16,578 nucleotides of DNA from contig CAXTKV010000116.1 of assembly GCA_964244895.1 (NCBI GenBank), forward strand, positions 1-16,578, read 5' to 3'. The translations under genes were made by a program, and so were the position numbers. The notes beneath the pieces were generated by a model that was given only the letters and a program-made list of their open reading frames with translations, did no database searches and was not told where the DNA came from. Every line of letters begins with the position of its first letter. Positions within the stretch are counted from its first letter, which is position 1. The DNA comes from an uncultured Deinococcales bacterium (GTDB lineage: Bacteria; Deinococcota; Deinococci; Deinococcales; JAAFIG01). Of this stretch, positions 15,106 through 16,578 are shown piece by piece.

Positions 15106-16191
15106 TTAAACCCGCAGTTCCTCGAGCGCTCCGCGCGTCAGCATCAGCTTGAACTCGTGCGGGCTGGTCGCGGCCACGGTGGCTTCCTCGAGGGTGATCA
15201 GCCCGTCGCGGTACAGCTCGACCAGGTGCTGATCGAAGGTTTTCATGCCGCGAATGTTGTCTTCCATCATCGCGTCCTTGATCAGCGGGGTTTTGGTTTC
15301 GTCCTTGATGTAATCGCGAATCAGTGGTGTGTTGACCAGCGTCTCGAGCGCCAGCGCCCGCCCGATGCCGTCCGCGCGGGGCAGCAGGCGCTGCGAGAGA
15401 ATCCCGATCAGGCTTTCCGCGAACAGAATGCGGATCTGGTCGCGCTCGTGCGGCGGAAAGAAATCGATGATGCGGTTGACGGTGCGCACGGCGTCCTGGG
15501 TGTGCAGCGTGGACAGCACCAGGTGCCCGGTTTGCGCTGCGGTGATGGCGGCCTCGACGGTTTCCTTGTCGCGCATCTCGCCGATCATGATCACGTCGGG
15601 ATCCTGGCGCATGGCGTACTTGAGGGCCGTGCGGAAATCGCCGGTGTCGCTGCCGATCTCGCGCTGAACGACGATGCTGCGCTGGTTCTTGTGCAGAATT
15701 TCGATCGGGTCTTCGACGGTGATGATGTTGTACGCGAAGGCGCGGTTGATGTGGTCGATCATGCTGGCCAGCGTGGTCGATTTGCCGGAACCGGTCGGGC
15801 CGGTCGCCAGGATCAGTCCGCGTTCCTTGTTGGTGAAATCCTGGAGCAGTTCGGTCGGTAGCCCGAGTGCCTCGAAGCTCGGGATGGCGTCGCTGATGAC
15901 GCGCATGACGATGCCCACGCTGCCGCGCTGCCGGAAGACGTTGCAGCGGAAGCGGGCCACGCCGGGCACGCTGTAGGCGAAGTCGAGTTCGTTGCGGTAC
16001 TCGAACTCTTCCCACTGTTCGGGGTTCAGCAAGGTCTTGGCGATGGTTTTGGTCTCTTCGGGTGCCAGGTTGCGGTTGGCGAACGGCACGAGCTTGCCGT
16101 CCACGCGTCCGGTCGGCGGCGACCCGACTTGCAGGTGAACGTCCGAGGCGCGCCTCGAGACCATGGTTTTCAGAAGTTCGACGATGGTCAC
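15106..16191 (-). CDS. pilT: PilT/PilU-family type IV pilus retraction ATPase
   Basis: ASDVHL, RFRCNVFRQRG, Walker A GPTGSGKSTT, TVEDPIE, QREIG, RQDPDVIMIGEMRD, TGHLVLSTLHT, GMKTFDQHL. GTG start at 16191 after AGGGGG. The AIRNLIRE motif reads LIRDYIKD, so PilT2/PilU-like. Confidence 0.9.
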   Translation of the reverse strand: MTIVELLKTMVSRRASDVHLQVGSPPTGRVDGKLVPFANRNLAPEETKTIAKTLLNPEQWEEFEYRNELDFAYSVPGVARFRCNVFRQRGSVGIVMRVISDAIPSFEALGLPTELLQDFTNKERGLILATGPTGSGKSTTLASMIDHINRAFAYNIITVEDPIEILHKNQRSIVVQREIGSDTGDFRTALKYAMRQDPDVIMIGEMRDKETVEAAITAAQTGHLVLSTLHTQDAVRTVNRIIDFFPPHERDQIRILFAESLIGILSQRLLPRADGIGRALALETLVNTPLIRDYIKDETKTPLIKDAMMEDNIRGMKTFDQHLVELYRDGLITLEEATVAATSPHEFKLMLTRGALEELRV

Positions 16192-16304
16192 GGTTGATCC
16201 CCCTGCGAGCCTACGAAATGCGTACACAATGAGAGCGATTCGCGCCGTGCCCGACGGCATCCGGCGGCGTTCGTGGTTGCATCACCCACGCTGATCACCT
16301 CAAA

Positions 16305-16337
16305 AGCATAGTCCCGAAAGCGCTTTTGGGATGTCAA
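16305..16337 (-). promoter_or_regulatory. Candidate pilT promoter with a dyad operator in the spacer
   Basis: TTGACA (16332-16337), then TCCCAAAAGCGCTTTCGGGA dyad, then TATGCT (16305-16310); spacer 21 nt. Confidence 0.5.
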
Positions 16338-16419
16338 CTTTTCGCCCGACGCGCTGCCGGGTCGCATGGTGGCGTCGCCATCCGTCGGACGGGGTGGGTA
16401 GGCTCGAGTCTTTGTGACC

Positions 16420-16544
16420 CGAAAGACCGTCCAGGATAGAATTTCTCGATTCCGATTTGAGCTTCTCGCGCCTGAGACGATCTTTGTTGCATCGCAAAAT
16501 AGACGCACCACACCAAAAAGTCCTTCCGGGATGGCGTTCTCGAG
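16420..16544. repeat. Degenerate family-A halves
   Basis: cgaaagaccgtccagga (16420-16436) and ttccgggatggcgttctcgag (16524-16544). Confidence 0.5.
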
Positions 16545-16578
16545 GGAGGGTGAATCACCAACTCATATGAAATCGTCT

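Noticed and set aside
16192..16300. Riboswitch (c-di-GMP or c-di-AMP) in the pilT leader
   Set aside because: Small hairpins exist, but I could not find the conserved motifs of these riboswitches; an Rfam scan would settle it.
1..16578. Autonomous mobile element, tRNA or rRNA gene
   Set aside because: No transposase, integrase or recognisable structural RNA gene was seen.

Overview
GC-rich bacterial chromosomal window, most likely Deinococcota (inferred from TAnnnT -10 boxes 6-7 nt before start codons, the recF-DUF721 pairing and the LepB sequence style). It holds 12 credible CDSs: two tandem signal peptidase I paralogs preceded by a small secreted/membrane ORF, a SARP/BTAD-AAA-TPR regulator, an FGGY (xylulokinase-like) kinase, a class II aldolase, a shikimate dehydrogenase, a phosphomannose-isomerase-like cupin, a QW-repeat/VOC fusion, recF, DciA/DUF721 and a PilT/PilU ATPase. 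The best candidate for an undescribed system is at 20-2292. A leaderless 120-aa ORF with a signal peptide and a C-terminal RAPP ribosome-arrest motif lies directly upstream of lepB, and its arrest codons are complementary to the lepB Shine-Dalgarno region, as in secM-secA or mifM-yidC2. lepB is followed by a paralog with Ala in place of the catalytic Ser. Intergenic regions carry several palindromic repeat families, one copy of which lies in frame inside lepB. CTCGAG is strongly over-represented (about 80 copies counted by eye). All calls come from reading the sequence; no searches were run.
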